Positions 8,759 to 19,073 of a stretch of DNA of 64,000 nt are shown here, piece after piece (the stretch's first letter is position 1; each line of letters starts with the position of its first letter). Below the pieces are notes generated by a model. The model was not told the DNA's origin, ran no database searches, and was given only the letters and a program-made list of their open reading frames with translations. The stretch spans positions 864,001 to 928,000 of the forward strand of contig CAVSHF010000005.1 of NCBI GenBank assembly GCA_963727805.1, read 5' to 3'. The stretch comes from an uncultured Nitrospiraceae bacterium (GTDB lineage: Bacteria > Nitrospirota > Thermodesulfovibrionia > Thermodesulfovibrionales > Dissulfurispiraceae). Made by a program: the position numbers and the translations under genes.

Positions 8759-10711
8759 TTGACTAACAAAGTCGTGGGAAAGCCTTATCAATCAGAACTA
8801 AACAAGCTACCCGAGACTTATCGTTGGGCAGTGTCACAAAGTATTGCCCCCCTTGTAAAAGCAATAAAGACATCAGCACATCTTCCTCTGATAGCAGTAG
8901 GGTCTGGTGGCTCGCTGTCTGCTGCCGAAGTTATGGTGTCGTGCCATGAACATTATTTTGGTGGTATTGCTCGGTCGGTCACGCCTTTGGAACTCATATC
9001 AGCGCTCCCTGCAAATGGACATGCATCTGTTTGGTTCTTCACCGCAAGCGGAGGGAATATAGACATTCAAAGAGCTTTCGAGCATACTCTGCTATTAGAG
9101 CCGAAGCAGGTATCTGCAATAGTTGGTCGATCTGGAAGTCCTATGGCGAAGCTTCTTGTTGAACATCAATACGCCGATATCTTTGAATTTGATTTGCCTT
9201 CGGGAAGAGATGGCTTCCTTGCTACAAGTTCCTTACTTGCATTCTCCATTTTGATTTGTCGGGGATACAGCGAAGCCCTGCCCGATAGTGATTTGCCGGC
9301 ATCATTTAGAAGTCTTCTGAAAAAGACGCTGCCTTCGAACTTAACATTAAATCAGATCGAGGACGCCAGCCAATCCCTTTGGCGACGGTCAACATTACAT
9401 GTTCTTTACAGCAATGAGCTCAAGGCGGCTGCAATTGATATCGAGTCGAAATTTATTGAAGCGGGCTTATGCTCAGTGCATTTGGCGGACTTCAGGAATT
9501 TTGCTCATGGCCGTCATCATTGGTTGGCTAAACATGAAGATACAAGTGCTATTCTCGCTTTATCAATACCTTCTGATGCTAACTTAGCAACCCAGACTAT
9601 TAAATTGATACCCAACAACATCCCCCGTCTTCACATTCCAGTACAGACAAGAGGCGCCTCGGCATGGCTTACAGGTTTAATTCTTTCATTGTATTTAACT
9701 GGATATGCCGGCAACGCAAGGAAAATTGATCCGGGACGTCCCGGCGTCCCATCTTTTGGGAGCAAGATATATGGTCTTAATACTATCTCTGGTTTTTTGA
9801 GTTCATTCAGCCGCATCGATGCGGCAATTAGACGAAAGGTAAGCACGCATAAAAGTCTTCTTTCTCCACGTCGAAAGAGGCTTTGGGGAAAAGCTTATCA
9901 TTCTTTTGAGAAACGTCTTTTGAACGCTTATTTTGGCGGCATAGTTATGGATTATGACGGCACCGTTGTTGACAGTCGTAATCGCTATGACCCGCCAACT
10001 GTGGAGATGAGTAAGCAAATAGTGCGATTGCTAAGGGAGGGGATTGTCATAGGTTTTGCTACCGGCAGAGGCAAATCTATTCGTAATGACCTTAGAAGCG
10101 TAATCCCTAAGAAATTCTGGGGACAAGTTTTGGTTGGCTATTATAACGGCGCTGAAATATCACTTCTCACTGATGGTAATGTTCCGGATGGATCGTCACC
10201 TCCTTGCGATGATTTGCAGAAATTACTAAATACCCTAGCTGAAAATATCGAAATAGCCTCCTTGGCAAAAGTGGCACCAAGAAAATTTCAACTAACCATT
10301 GAACCAACGAGTATGGTTCCAGAGACTTTTCTTTGGGAATTAGCACGGAGCGAATTGTGCGCAGCTGAAAATATGTCCGAGAATATCTATCGTTCTAGCC
10401 ATTCAATAGATATCTTGGCACGAGGAGTATCAAAGGTTTCTGTTATTGCGGAAGTTAGCAAGAGAATTGGGCGTAACGTCGACGTGCTAACCATAGGTGA
10501 TCGCGGCAAATGGCCAGGCAACGATTCTACTCTACTAACACACATTTATTCATTAAGTGTCGACGAAGTCTCCTTTTCGAAGGATACCTGTTGGAATGTA
10601 TGCCCTGCCGGTGTGCGGGGGCCGCAGGGAACACTTTATTATCTGAGTAACCTCCTGCCAGTCCCAAGATTGCGTTTCAGTGCCGTTAAGTTTTCTGCAA
10701 TGGGAGAGTAA
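8759..10711 (+). CDS. SIS (sugar-phosphate-binding) domains fused to HAD phosphatase
   Basis: GSGGS, TASGGN, FAHGRH SIS motifs; HAD motif I MDYDGT, II ATGRG, III/IV SK..GD.G..GND. Confidence 0.85.
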   Translation: MTNKVVGKPYQSELNKLPETYRWAVSQSIAPLVKAIKTSAHLPLIAVGSGGSLSAAEVMVSCHEHYFGGIARSVTPLELISALPANGHASVWFFTASGGNIDIQRAFEHTLLLEPKQVSAIVGRSGSPMAKLLVEHQYADIFEFDLPSGRDGFLATSSLLAFSILICRGYSEALPDSDLPASFRSLLKKTLPSNLTLNQIEDASQSLWRRSTLHVLYSNELKAAAIDIESKFIEAGLCSVHLADFRNFAHGRHHWLAKHEDTSAILALSIPSDANLATQTIKLIPNNIPRLHIPVQTRGASAWLTGLILSLYLTGYAGNARKIDPGRPGVPSFGSKIYGLNTISGFLSSFSRIDAAIRRKVSTHKSLLSPRRKRLWGKAYHSFEKRLLNAYFGGIVMDYDGTVVDSRNRYDPPTVEMSKQIVRLLREGIVIGFATGRGKSIRNDLRSVIPKKFWGQVLVGYYNGAEISLLTDGNVPDGSSPPCDDLQKLLNTLAENIEIASLAKVAPRKFQLTIEPTSMVPETFLWELARSELCAAENMSENIYRSSHSIDILARGVSKVSVIAEVSKRIGRNVDVLTIGDRGKWPGNDSTLLTHIYSLSVDEVSFSKDTCWNVCPAGVRGPQGTLYYLSNLLPVPRLRFSAVKFSAMGE

Positions 10712-10713
10712 AT

Positions 10714-11874
10714 GTGAATCATGCACTCGGACTCCGGGTACTTAGTGAAATAATGGGGTGGGATGATAATCAGGCAAGGACAGAGTTCAGGTGGCTATCC
10801 TTTATGTCTCGATACAAATATGATGGGTATGGAGACTATCTCGCAGGAGCACGTTTTATAGAAAGCCTCGCAACGTGGTTGCAACAATTCAATTTTACAG
10901 ATAGAAGTATTGCTTATGAATACATTAAGAATGATTTGATCTATATTAGTCCTGCTGAAATGCAAAGACTTATTGAAAAGTTGTTTCCTGAAGTTGTTCA
11001 GCGTCATTTAGCAAAGACAGTGGCAACTTATCTTAAAATACCGTCGCACAAGGTATGGGCTAGTAAGGAGACCGTTGAAGAATTTGACTGGCAAAAACGA
11101 AAGACTTTATTCATGAGCTTAAGCGATGGTGCAAGAATTGATATTTTCCGAAGGGTAAATGCTTCGACAATTTCTAATGAGCAGATTGTCGCAGCAACCC
11201 AGATAGATAAAACAAAGTGGGGAAGCTTAATAAAGGACTTAAGAGACGATCTGGATAAACTACGTCCCGGGCAGGGCAGGAATGCCACCGTGTCTCGAAT
11301 TTATCTGATAGATGATTTTACGGCATCAGGAACAACCTTGCTTAGGTATGATGAGAAAGAAGCAAATTATAAAGGCAAACTCGATAGATTTTATAATTCA
11401 ATCGATTTTGCTCAGAACGAATTGAAATCTGATTTTGGAGATATTCTTGATAAAAAATGGGAGCTTATTATCCATCATTATATCGGGACCGAACAGGTAA
11501 CTCATGTCATAAAGAAAAGGTATGAAGAATCACTATCCATAAAGGCAACGTGGAATCCAAGAGTCGACTTCACTTTTGGCATGATTCTCGCCCAAAATAC
11601 AGCATTGGACAAGCAGTCTAATCACCCATTCGTTGAACTATGTAAAAAATATTATGATCCTTCACTCGAAGGCAAGGGCTTGCACGCTGGTGCGAGCGGT
11701 AATCCTGACCTGACTTTTGGCTATGGTCAATGTGCGCTACCTCTCGTTCTCGAACACAATACGCCTAACAATTCACTACCTTTAATGTGGGCTGAGACCA
11801 GAGGGGCAAACGGACGACATGCTATGCGACCACTTTTTCGGCGAAGACAGAGATACAGTGATTTAGCCGAGTGA
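10714..11874 (+). CDS. Phosphoribosyltransferase-like protein (PRTase conflict-effector type)
   Basis: PRPP-binding loop IYLIDDFTASGTT; C-terminal FGYG..HNTPNNSLP..W..PLFRR. Confidence 0.75.
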   Translation: MNHALGLRVLSEIMGWDDNQARTEFRWLSFMSRYKYDGYGDYLAGARFIESLATWLQQFNFTDRSIAYEYIKNDLIYISPAEMQRLIEKLFPEVVQRHLAKTVATYLKIPSHKVWASKETVEEFDWQKRKTLFMSLSDGARIDIFRRVNASTISNEQIVAATQIDKTKWGSLIKDLRDDLDKLRPGQGRNATVSRIYLIDDFTASGTTLLRYDEKEANYKGKLDRFYNSIDFAQNELKSDFGDILDKKWELIIHHYIGTEQVTHVIKKRYEESLSIKATWNPRVDFTFGMILAQNTALDKQSNHPFVELCKKYYDPSLEGKGLHAGASGNPDLTFGYGQCALPLVLEHNTPNNSLPLMWAETRGANGRHAMRPLFRRRQRYSDLAE

Positions 11875-11880
11875 CAGAAT

Positions 11881-13821
11881 ATGGCAAATCCATTTGAAAA
11901 GAGGGCTACTGAGTATCTGCGTGATGACGCAGCGTTTCTTTCGGTAATCACACCGGAACCTTTGCACACTTTCTTTGAGCGTCATGCCAAAGCTGGAACT
12001 CTTTACGACAGGCTTTGCATGGTTATTGGAACCCCGGGTAGCGGCAAGACAACCATTGCCACTCTGCTTCAGTTGCGGACAGTTGAGACTTTACTGAATA
12101 GTTCAAACATAGAAGAATATAAAGTTCTATTACATGCATTAACAAGATGTGGCGTTGTAAGAGAAAAGAAAATTGAAATTGTTGGATGTCGGCTACCCCT
12201 TGAGTCAGAATATCGAGAATTCTGGGAACTCCCATACAAGGAAGATATCAAGATTGGATTGGTAAAGTCCTTTATTCAATCGAGAGCAATTATTTCTTGG
12301 ATGAAAAACCTAGAAGCAAACGGACGTTATAAGCTGGATAACATAAATATAGTGTATCGGGATGGGACTGAAGCTGCGTCTGAGGCAGTTGGGGGTGTTA
12401 CCGCCTCTAATGTCTTTAGCAAAGCGAAAATAGTTGAACGGTCAATATACGAAATAGGTGCCGCTCTCATCCCGCCAAGTGAGAGTTCCCTGAAGAATGA
12501 AGTTATAGCTCCATACCATCCTTTTGATATTATCAATTACTTTTTAATCGATGAATCCGCAACAGGGACGCAAAGAAAGCTAAAACCATTAGTGATGCTA
12601 GACGATGCACACACGCTTCATCCAAAACAACTTTTGGAGGTACAAAATTGGTTGGCTAGAAGGGAGATGACAATTGGACGTTGGCTATTGATGCGGCTAG
12701 ATGCGCAAACGCCTAAGGAGATTATTGATAGCTTCGGGACAGATGCTGACGTCGAGGGAGAATCAAGGATCAACAAGAGTCGCGAAATAACGCATATCTG
12801 GCTTCAAAGTGGTGTGGGACGGCGGAGGCAGCGGGAAGATTTCCGAAAAATGGCCAGGAGTATGGCAGATAAGTATTTACGGTTAATGCCCCTCTTTACT
12901 CGCCAAGGGATTTCTCGTTTCTCGGATATCCTGGGTATTAATGTAAAAGAAATATCTGATACTAAGATGAAAGATCTTGAAAAGCAAGTGAGCAAACTTC
13001 AGAAACAAAAGGGGATAAGTAATCCGCGAAGAGGAAGTTTAGAAGGTGATATCGACAGATATTTCGATAATTCTGATACAGCTGATAAGGGACAAGATGT
13101 CCGTTTAGCGATGCTTCATATAATGTTTCATCGCTATGCCAACAGGGTTCCACAAAAGAGCCTGTTTAATATAGGCGAAGAGGATTATGGACCGGACCCA
13201 TCTAAGCCACTAAAGGTAACATCTGCACTTGCCGACGGTGCAAGAATATTCTTACTGCATAAGTATAGTCGACCCTATTATTACGGTATAGATACTTTAT
13301 GCGATGGAAGTTCCGAAAATGCTGAATTGTTTCTGCAATTAGCAGGCAGATTAGTGGAAGCGGCTGAAGCTCGCATCATAAAATCGCCGAATGAGAATGC
13401 AGCACTGGCTCCTCAATATCAGCATCAATTGCTCACTGAACGTGCAAGAGAGATTGTTGACGACTGGTCTTTTCCAGCTTTTAACGAGGTCAAAGCCCTT
13501 TGCGCTCACATGGCGAAGCAGTGTGTAGAAAAATCTCTTGAACCTAATGCTCCTTTAGACGGGGGGGCAATAGCATTTGGAATATTGCAAGATGAGTTTG
13601 ACGAAATTGCGACAAATCATCCCGAGCTGGCAAAAGTCATTAAGTTTGGCGTGGCATATAACGCAATATCGTTAAGACATAGATATTTGGCGAAGAACAA
13701 GGAATGGTGTTTAATCGAACTAACAGGGCCTGTTCAAATTGTATATGGGTTAACTTTGAACAGAGGCGGCTTTTTAGAAAGACGCGTCCCAGATTTATTG
13801 AAGGCACTGGAGAAGAAATAG
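11881..13821 (+). CDS. ORC/CDC6-like (STAND-related) P-loop ATPase
   Basis: Walker A GTPGSGKTT, Walker B VMLDDAH, YYYG..L..S.N motif. Confidence 0.75.
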   Translation: MANPFEKRATEYLRDDAAFLSVITPEPLHTFFERHAKAGTLYDRLCMVIGTPGSGKTTIATLLQLRTVETLLNSSNIEEYKVLLHALTRCGVVREKKIEIVGCRLPLESEYREFWELPYKEDIKIGLVKSFIQSRAIISWMKNLEANGRYKLDNINIVYRDGTEAASEAVGGVTASNVFSKAKIVERSIYEIGAALIPPSESSLKNEVIAPYHPFDIINYFLIDESATGTQRKLKPLVMLDDAHTLHPKQLLEVQNWLARREMTIGRWLLMRLDAQTPKEIIDSFGTDADVEGESRINKSREITHIWLQSGVGRRRQREDFRKMARSMADKYLRLMPLFTRQGISRFSDILGINVKEISDTKMKDLEKQVSKLQKQKGISNPRRGSLEGDIDRYFDNSDTADKGQDVRLAMLHIMFHRYANRVPQKSLFNIGEEDYGPDPSKPLKVTSALADGARIFLLHKYSRPYYYGIDTLCDGSSENAELFLQLAGRLVEAAEARIIKSPNENAALAPQYQHQLLTERAREIVDDWSFPAFNEVKALCAHMAKQCVEKSLEPNAPLDGGAIAFGILQDEFDEIATNHPELAKVIKFGVAYNAISLRHRYLAKNKEWCLIELTGPVQIVYGLTLNRGGFLERRVPDLLKALEKK

Positions 13822-13823
13822 CC

Positions 13824-14921
13824 ATGGCCATTCCGTCTTGGCATAAGTCTATTGACCATTATGATAAAGATGTTAGCATTTTCTATGTACTTCACTTCTC
13901 GGAAGCACATAGAAAATGCCTGCTTATTGCAGGAGCCGGGTTCGACCCAAGGACAACTGTCCTCGCAAGAGAACTTTCGGCTACGCTAGGAAATCGATTG
14001 GAAGCCCTGTTTATAAGGGAAGAGCGTCCAAACCCAGATACTACACTTGTTGAGCGGGCTGAAAGAAACTTAAGTTCCCTTCAGCAGATGTGCCCAATTA
14101 ATCGGGTTCTCAGCATTGCTGTATTTTCTGATGATAATGCTGTTGTTGGAGGCATTAATGCAGTTTCTAACATAGTGAACGTCGACTTGGCATCCTATAC
14201 AGATATAATTATAGATTTCAGTGCGCTATCGATAGGCATCAGTTTTCCGGTGGTCAAGTATATTTACGATAGCCTTCGGAAGGATGGAACCAATACCAAT
14301 ATTCATTTGGCGGCTGTTTCCAATCCCGAATTGGATTCATTAATATCGTCTGTTCCAAATGATCGAGTAACAGAGGTGCGTGGATTCTCTCGAATTGATA
14401 AACTTTATGGAGAGGTCGAAAAAGCAAAACTTTGGCTTCCTCAATTGTCAGGAGGCAGGCACGAGACTCTAAGAATAATATTTGATGATGTTAAGCCTCA
14501 CGACTGCTGCCCAATTTTACCTTTCCCTTCCGATGACGCAAAGAAAGGCGATAACTTGGCGGCCAACTTTATATCAGAACTGGAAAATGAATGGAATGTT
14601 GATACAAGGAATTTTGTGTATGCTGATGAACGAAATCCGTTAGATATCTACAGAACGATTTTACGGATAGATGAGGAACGCAAGCCAGTTTTTGAAAGTT
14701 TCGGAGGTTCCGTTATAATTCTGTCGCCTCTCGGCAGCAAAATGCTTGCTATGGGAGCACTGATTGCTGCTTTAGAAAAACATTTTCCAGTGGTTTACGT
14801 TGAAGCTTTGGAGTATAATGTGGATTGGCATCGCGTAGATGCTATAACTGGAAATGCCTCAATGTCAGCTCACATTTGGTTATATGGTGAAGCCTATTTA
14901 AGAGATATTCGTAATGCCTAA
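13824..14921 (+). CDS. Hypothetical two-Rossmann-domain (CARF-like) protein
   Basis: IAGAGFDPR, IIIDFSAL, ILSPLGSK..A.G motifs reminiscent of CARF folds; translationally coupled to both neighbours. Confidence 0.55.
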   Translation: MAIPSWHKSIDHYDKDVSIFYVLHFSEAHRKCLLIAGAGFDPRTTVLARELSATLGNRLEALFIREERPNPDTTLVERAERNLSSLQQMCPINRVLSIAVFSDDNAVVGGINAVSNIVNVDLASYTDIIIDFSALSIGISFPVVKYIYDSLRKDGTNTNIHLAAVSNPELDSLISSVPNDRVTEVRGFSRIDKLYGEVEKAKLWLPQLSGGRHETLRIIFDDVKPHDCCPILPFPSDDAKKGDNLAANFISELENEWNVDTRNFVYADERNPLDIYRTILRIDEERKPVFESFGGSVIILSPLGSKMLAMGALIAALEKHFPVVYVEALEYNVDWHRVDAITGNASMSAHIWLYGEAYLRDIRNA

Positions 14922-15990
14922 AGATATGAGAAACATTTCCCATAAAAATAAACCGAGAGTGTTTGGCACAGGGCTCTTTGCTCTGGATGTCGTTCTTAGT
15001 GCAGATCCAGCGGAGCCTATTTATTGTTGGGCCGGCGGCACCTGTGGCAATGTTTTGATAATATTGAGTTATCTGGGCTGGAGAGCATCTCCCATCGCAC
15101 GGCTTAACGGGGATCCCTCATCGATACGTGTAAAAGACGATATGTCTCGATGGGATGTGAGCCTTGCTTTTGCTAAGCAGTCTCCGACTGCTACTACACC
15201 TATTATTGCTCAGCAAAACTATCGTGATAAAGGCGGAGATGCGACCCATAAATTTGCTTTTACCTGTCCGATGTGTGGTGCGTCATTACCTTTTTACAAG
15301 GCAGTTCCAAATATTGCAGCGAAGCGCATTGCTGAGCAAATAGAGAATCCTCACGTATTCTTTTTCGATAGAGTATCGGTTAGTGCGCTAACCTTAGCGA
15401 AAAGGTGTAAAGAACTCGGAGCGGTTATTTTCTTTGAACCATCTGCTAAAGGTGACCCCAAGCAATTCTCGGAGGCGGTACAGTTGGCTCATGTCATTAA
15501 GTACTCGCAAGAACGTTTTAGTTTTTTTGTTGACGAGTATAAATCGGCTGGAGAATTGCCCTTCATAGAGATTCAAACGATGGGACGGGAAGGATTAATA
15601 TTTCGTTCAAGTCTGCCTAATGCGAAATCAGAGGAATGGACAAAGCTACCGGCAACGGCTGTAGAACAGGTCGAAGATACGTGTGGTTGCGGTGACTGGA
15701 CCACTGCTGGCCTTATATCGAAATTGTGTGATGTTGAAGGAGTAGAAGGGCTTAAAACAAAGTCTTTGAAAGATATTATGCGTGCTTTGAATTTTGGACA
15801 GGCTCTAGCTTCTTGGAATTGCAGGTTTGTGGGAGCTCGGGGCGGAATGTATCGAGTTGACAGGAGAAGATTTGAAAGAGAAATATCGGAAATTACCAAT
15901 GAGAGTGTCCAAATGACAAGAACGCATACGAAGAAATTATACGATGAGACACCAATGAGAATGATTTGTCCATCCTGCTGCGGAACCTAA
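14914..15990 (+). CDS. PfkB/ribokinase-family kinase with Zn-ribbon-like insert
   Basis: GGTCGNV and DTCGCGD signatures; CPMC insert and C-terminal CPSCC. Confidence 0.85.
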   Translation: MPKDMRNISHKNKPRVFGTGLFALDVVLSADPAEPIYCWAGGTCGNVLIILSYLGWRASPIARLNGDPSSIRVKDDMSRWDVSLAFAKQSPTATTPIIAQQNYRDKGGDATHKFAFTCPMCGASLPFYKAVPNIAAKRIAEQIENPHVFFFDRVSVSALTLAKRCKELGAVIFFEPSAKGDPKQFSEAVQLAHVIKYSQERFSFFVDEYKSAGELPFIEIQTMGREGLIFRSSLPNAKSEEWTKLPATAVEQVEDTCGCGDWTTAGLISKLCDVEGVEGLKTKSLKDIMRALNFGQALASWNCRFVGARGGMYRVDRRRFEREISEITNESVQMTRTHTKKLYDETPMRMICPSCCGT

Positions 15991-16021
15991 TTAAGTGAAA
16001 GGCCCGCAACATTTTAAGATT

Positions 16022-17077
16022 TCAATACCCAATTTCAGCAAGATCGCGAATCGGATTTATTTGTCCTTCCAGATAGTTTCTGAGGACATCCTCTTTTTGT
16101 TCAGTATAGTCTTTCAATATTGAATAAGATGTGATATCTACTGCCTTATAGAACATATCATAGTTACCACTAAGACTGGTTGTCCAAGGGGCGGGATAGG
16201 ACATTTTCGTGTAGATTTCCGAAGATAAAATTGATGCCAGCCATTTACACTGAAAATTATCTTTACCTTTATTCAAGATGTAATCAATATTAAGATCCTC
16301 AGAAAGCTTTCGAGACTTCTTCTTATCGGGCTTTGTCAGGATGACATTGAGAGATTCTATTCCTAGCTCTGCTAATTTCCTGCAAAGGGAAACTAAGCCT
16401 TCATTGAAACCAAAATGAGGATATCCTACGAAATGTTTACCATAAGAGGGACTTTTTTGTTTGACATCGCAAGCATACAATTTATCCTTGTGCTCAATAA
16501 AAAAGTCCACATCATATCTGAATCGGAATAGTTCAGCAAATAATCTGCTTAAAGCGATCTCTTTAATAAGATTAATCTTGGTACGGTTATACTGGATTAA
16601 GACCCTAACAAGCTTCTCCCATCTTTTATTATCTTCCTTTTCTTCCACTGGGGCTTTTTCTTTCCACCATCCACCAGTCAGTTTCTTTTTATTCTTAAGC
16701 CAACGATTATTGATTTCGGGAATATCAGATTGCGATATGGTCAAACAATCAAAGGACTTTTCTGCTTCATTGAAAGAAACTAAAAACACCCTAACTTGTC
16801 TGTTCAGAAAATGCACAAATAGTTTTATATCTAAATCTGTTACTAAGTTATCAGGATTTGATAGCTTATATGCCTCCCCGACACATTGATCCGGAAACCA
16901 CCAATTAGATGAATAAGACAAAGAAGAATCCGATAAAATATCCTTTGCGAATGCCCTTTCAATCAATATTCCTTCTATTCTCTCTACTTTGTTATGTCTG
17001 AATGTGCCAATCAATTTGTTCACATCGTTAAAGTCAATGGATTCAAGAAGCACGTCTTGATTTAACCACTTTGTCAT
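16022..17077 (-). CDS. Putative PD-(D/E)xK nuclease
   Basis: DVDFFI...CDVKQK; homologous to 19845-21341; RBS AGGAGG. Confidence 0.55.
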   Translation of the reverse strand: MTKWLNQDVLLESIDFNDVNKLIGTFRHNKVERIEGILIERAFAKDILSDSSLSYSSNWWFPDQCVGEAYKLSNPDNLVTDLDIKLFVHFLNRQVRVFLVSFNEAEKSFDCLTISQSDIPEINNRWLKNKKKLTGGWWKEKAPVEEKEDNKRWEKLVRVLIQYNRTKINLIKEIALSRLFAELFRFRYDVDFFIEHKDKLYACDVKQKSPSYGKHFVGYPHFGFNEGLVSLCRKLAELGIESLNVILTKPDKKKSRKLSEDLNIDYILNKGKDNFQCKWLASILSSEIYTKMSYPAPWTTSLSGNYDMFYKAVDITSYSILKDYTEQKEDVLRNYLEGQINPIRDLAEIGY

Positions 17078-17395
17078 TATTACCTCCTTCTACCACCAAG
17101 ACATTAGCGGATCACAGTCACGGCTATTCTCATCAGCTTATTTCGTGCGAATATATATTAATCTCTATACACGCACTTCTGAACCTAATTCCATCATAGC
17201 AGTAGCGTATATAATTGGCGAAACTTTTTGTATAGGATATATTCTCATGCATATCACAATTATTAATTGTCCATTGTATCACACCAAGACTGGAAGATAA
17301 ATTATGATGAATACGCCCGTGGCACACGAAATCACAATAAGTGATGAAGATGATTCAGGTTATGAGACAAAATTTTCCGGAGTTCATAATAAATC

Positions 17396-17445
17396 TTGAC
17401 AAAGTGCGATCATCTGGGTAAAATCTGGTATAAATAATACCCAGA
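17396..17445 (+). promoter_or_regulatory. Promoter of MTase with overlapping inverted repeat (candidate autoregulatory operator)
   Basis: TTGACA(17396-17401)-17 bp-TAAAAT; TCTGGGTA(17413-17420)...TACCCAGA(17438-17445). Confidence 0.6.
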
Positions 17446-17452
17446 GGTAATA

Positions 17453-18613
17453 ATGCCGCAAATTCACATTAAGTTGGACAAGGCGACACACGAAAGATTG
17501 AGCAAAAAAGCTCGAGAGTTCAACTTTAGCATCCAGGAATTCGCCGAAAGGGCCCTGTCGCTGGCGGTTGACAACCCGCTTGAAACCATTTTCTCCTCCA
17601 AAAATAATGAAGACAGTAATTCAGAGACTTTGTTTACATTTATCGACCTGTTTGCCGGGATTGGAGGGATACGCTTGGCACTGGAACAGAATAAAGGGAA
17701 ATGTATTTTTTCTTCAGAATGGGACAGGTGGTCACAAAAGACATACTTTGACAACTTCGGAGAAATGCCTGCAGGAGACATTAATGAAGTTCGGTTGAAG
17801 GAGATTCCCGATCATGACATCCTATCAGCTGGATTTCCTTGCCAGCCCTTCTCTATAGCTGGAGTCTCCAAGAAAAAAAGTCTCGGGAAAGAACACGGCT
17901 TCAAGGATAAAACTCAAGGGACACTTTTTTTCAAAGTCGCCGAAATTATCGAGGCCAAGCGACCCAAGGCGTTCCTGCTCGAAAATGTTAAACACCTGAG
18001 AAATCACGACAGGGGGCAGACCTTCGCAATCATCGAGGGTACTCTCCGGGAACTCGGATATACTATTGTCCATGATATAGTCAACGCTGCTCACTATGTC
18101 CCGCAGCACAGGGAAAGGCTTTTTATTGTAGGCTTCAATAGGGATATTTACGGCGAAAAAGTGGACTTTAATTTCCCAGAAATACCCAACGCAAACCCAC
18201 ACCTTGGCTCTATTCTTGAAAAGAGGGTAGATGCCAAATATACGCTGTCGGATAAGCTGTGGAAATATCTTCAGGACTACGCTGAAAAACACCGCCGGAA
18301 AGGAAACGGCTTTGGTTATGGGCTGTTCGGCTCGAAAGATGTGGCACGCACGCTAAGTGCCAGATACCATAAGGACGGGTCAGAAATTCTTATAAAGAAC
18401 GGGAATTTAAATCCACGCAGGCTCACACCGCATGAATGTGCCAGACTCATGGGATTCCCTCACAACTTCAAGATAATGGTATCCGATACGCAGGCATACC
18501 GGCAGTTCGGAAATTCCGTAGTTGTTCCGGTCGTTGCTGCCGTTGCCTCGGAGCTGGTCAAAGCCGCTGGGCTGGGTGCGGCGTCAACCCGACAGTCCGT
18601 ACGGAATGGCTGA
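17453..18613 (+). CDS. dcm: C5-cytosine DNA methyltransferase (Dcm/M.EcoRII-like) with N-terminal ribbon-helix-helix
   Basis: FIDLFAGIGG, GFPCQPFS, ENV, PQHRER, TLSARYHKDGSEIL, RRLTP.EC, QFGNSV. Confidence 0.95.
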   Translation: MPQIHIKLDKATHERLSKKAREFNFSIQEFAERALSLAVDNPLETIFSSKNNEDSNSETLFTFIDLFAGIGGIRLALEQNKGKCIFSSEWDRWSQKTYFDNFGEMPAGDINEVRLKEIPDHDILSAGFPCQPFSIAGVSKKKSLGKEHGFKDKTQGTLFFKVAEIIEAKRPKAFLLENVKHLRNHDRGQTFAIIEGTLRELGYTIVHDIVNAAHYVPQHRERLFIVGFNRDIYGEKVDFNFPEIPNANPHLGSILEKRVDAKYTLSDKLWKYLQDYAEKHRRKGNGFGYGLFGSKDVARTLSARYHKDGSEILIKNGNLNPRRLTPHECARLMGFPHNFKIMVSDTQAYRQFGNSVVVPVVAAVASELVKAAGLGAASTRQSVRNG

Positions 18614-19067
18614 TATTGTCGACACTGCTACCAGAAGCAGGATGATGGCTGGGATCAGAAGCAAGGACACCGGTCCCGAACTTGAAATAAGGAAAAAACT
18701 TTTCGCAAAGAGATTTCGCTACCGCCTTCATGACAGGAGGCTGCCCGGGAAACCGGACATAGTACTCCCCAGATACGGGGCGGTTATCTTCTTCCACGGA
18801 TGTTTCTGGCATGCCCACGATTGTCATCTATTCAGATTGCCTTCTTCCCGCGTTGCTTTCTGGGAGAAGAAACTGCTTCGGAATGCAGAAAAGGACAGGG
18901 AAAGCCGTGACGAACTGAAAGAACTTGGCTGGCGTATCATGACCATATGGGAATGTTCTTTCAGGGGTCCCGGGAAAAAAAGGGATAAAGAGATTGATGC
19001 AATTATCGCAACGGCTGTACAATGGCTGCAATCGGGGAAGAACGATGATATTGAAGTCAGGGGATAA
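18606..19067 (+). CDS. vsr: Very short patch repair endonuclease
   Basis: MADIVD..TRSRMM..I.SKDT.PE, LPGKPD, FFHGCFWH, GWR...IWEC. Confidence 0.95.
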   Translation: MADIVDTATRSRMMAGIRSKDTGPELEIRKKLFAKRFRYRLHDRRLPGKPDIVLPRYGAVIFFHGCFWHAHDCHLFRLPSSRVAFWEKKLLRNAEKDRESRDELKELGWRIMTIWECSFRGPGKKRDKEIDAIIATAVQWLQSGKNDDIEVRG

Positions 19068-19073
19068 ACAGAG

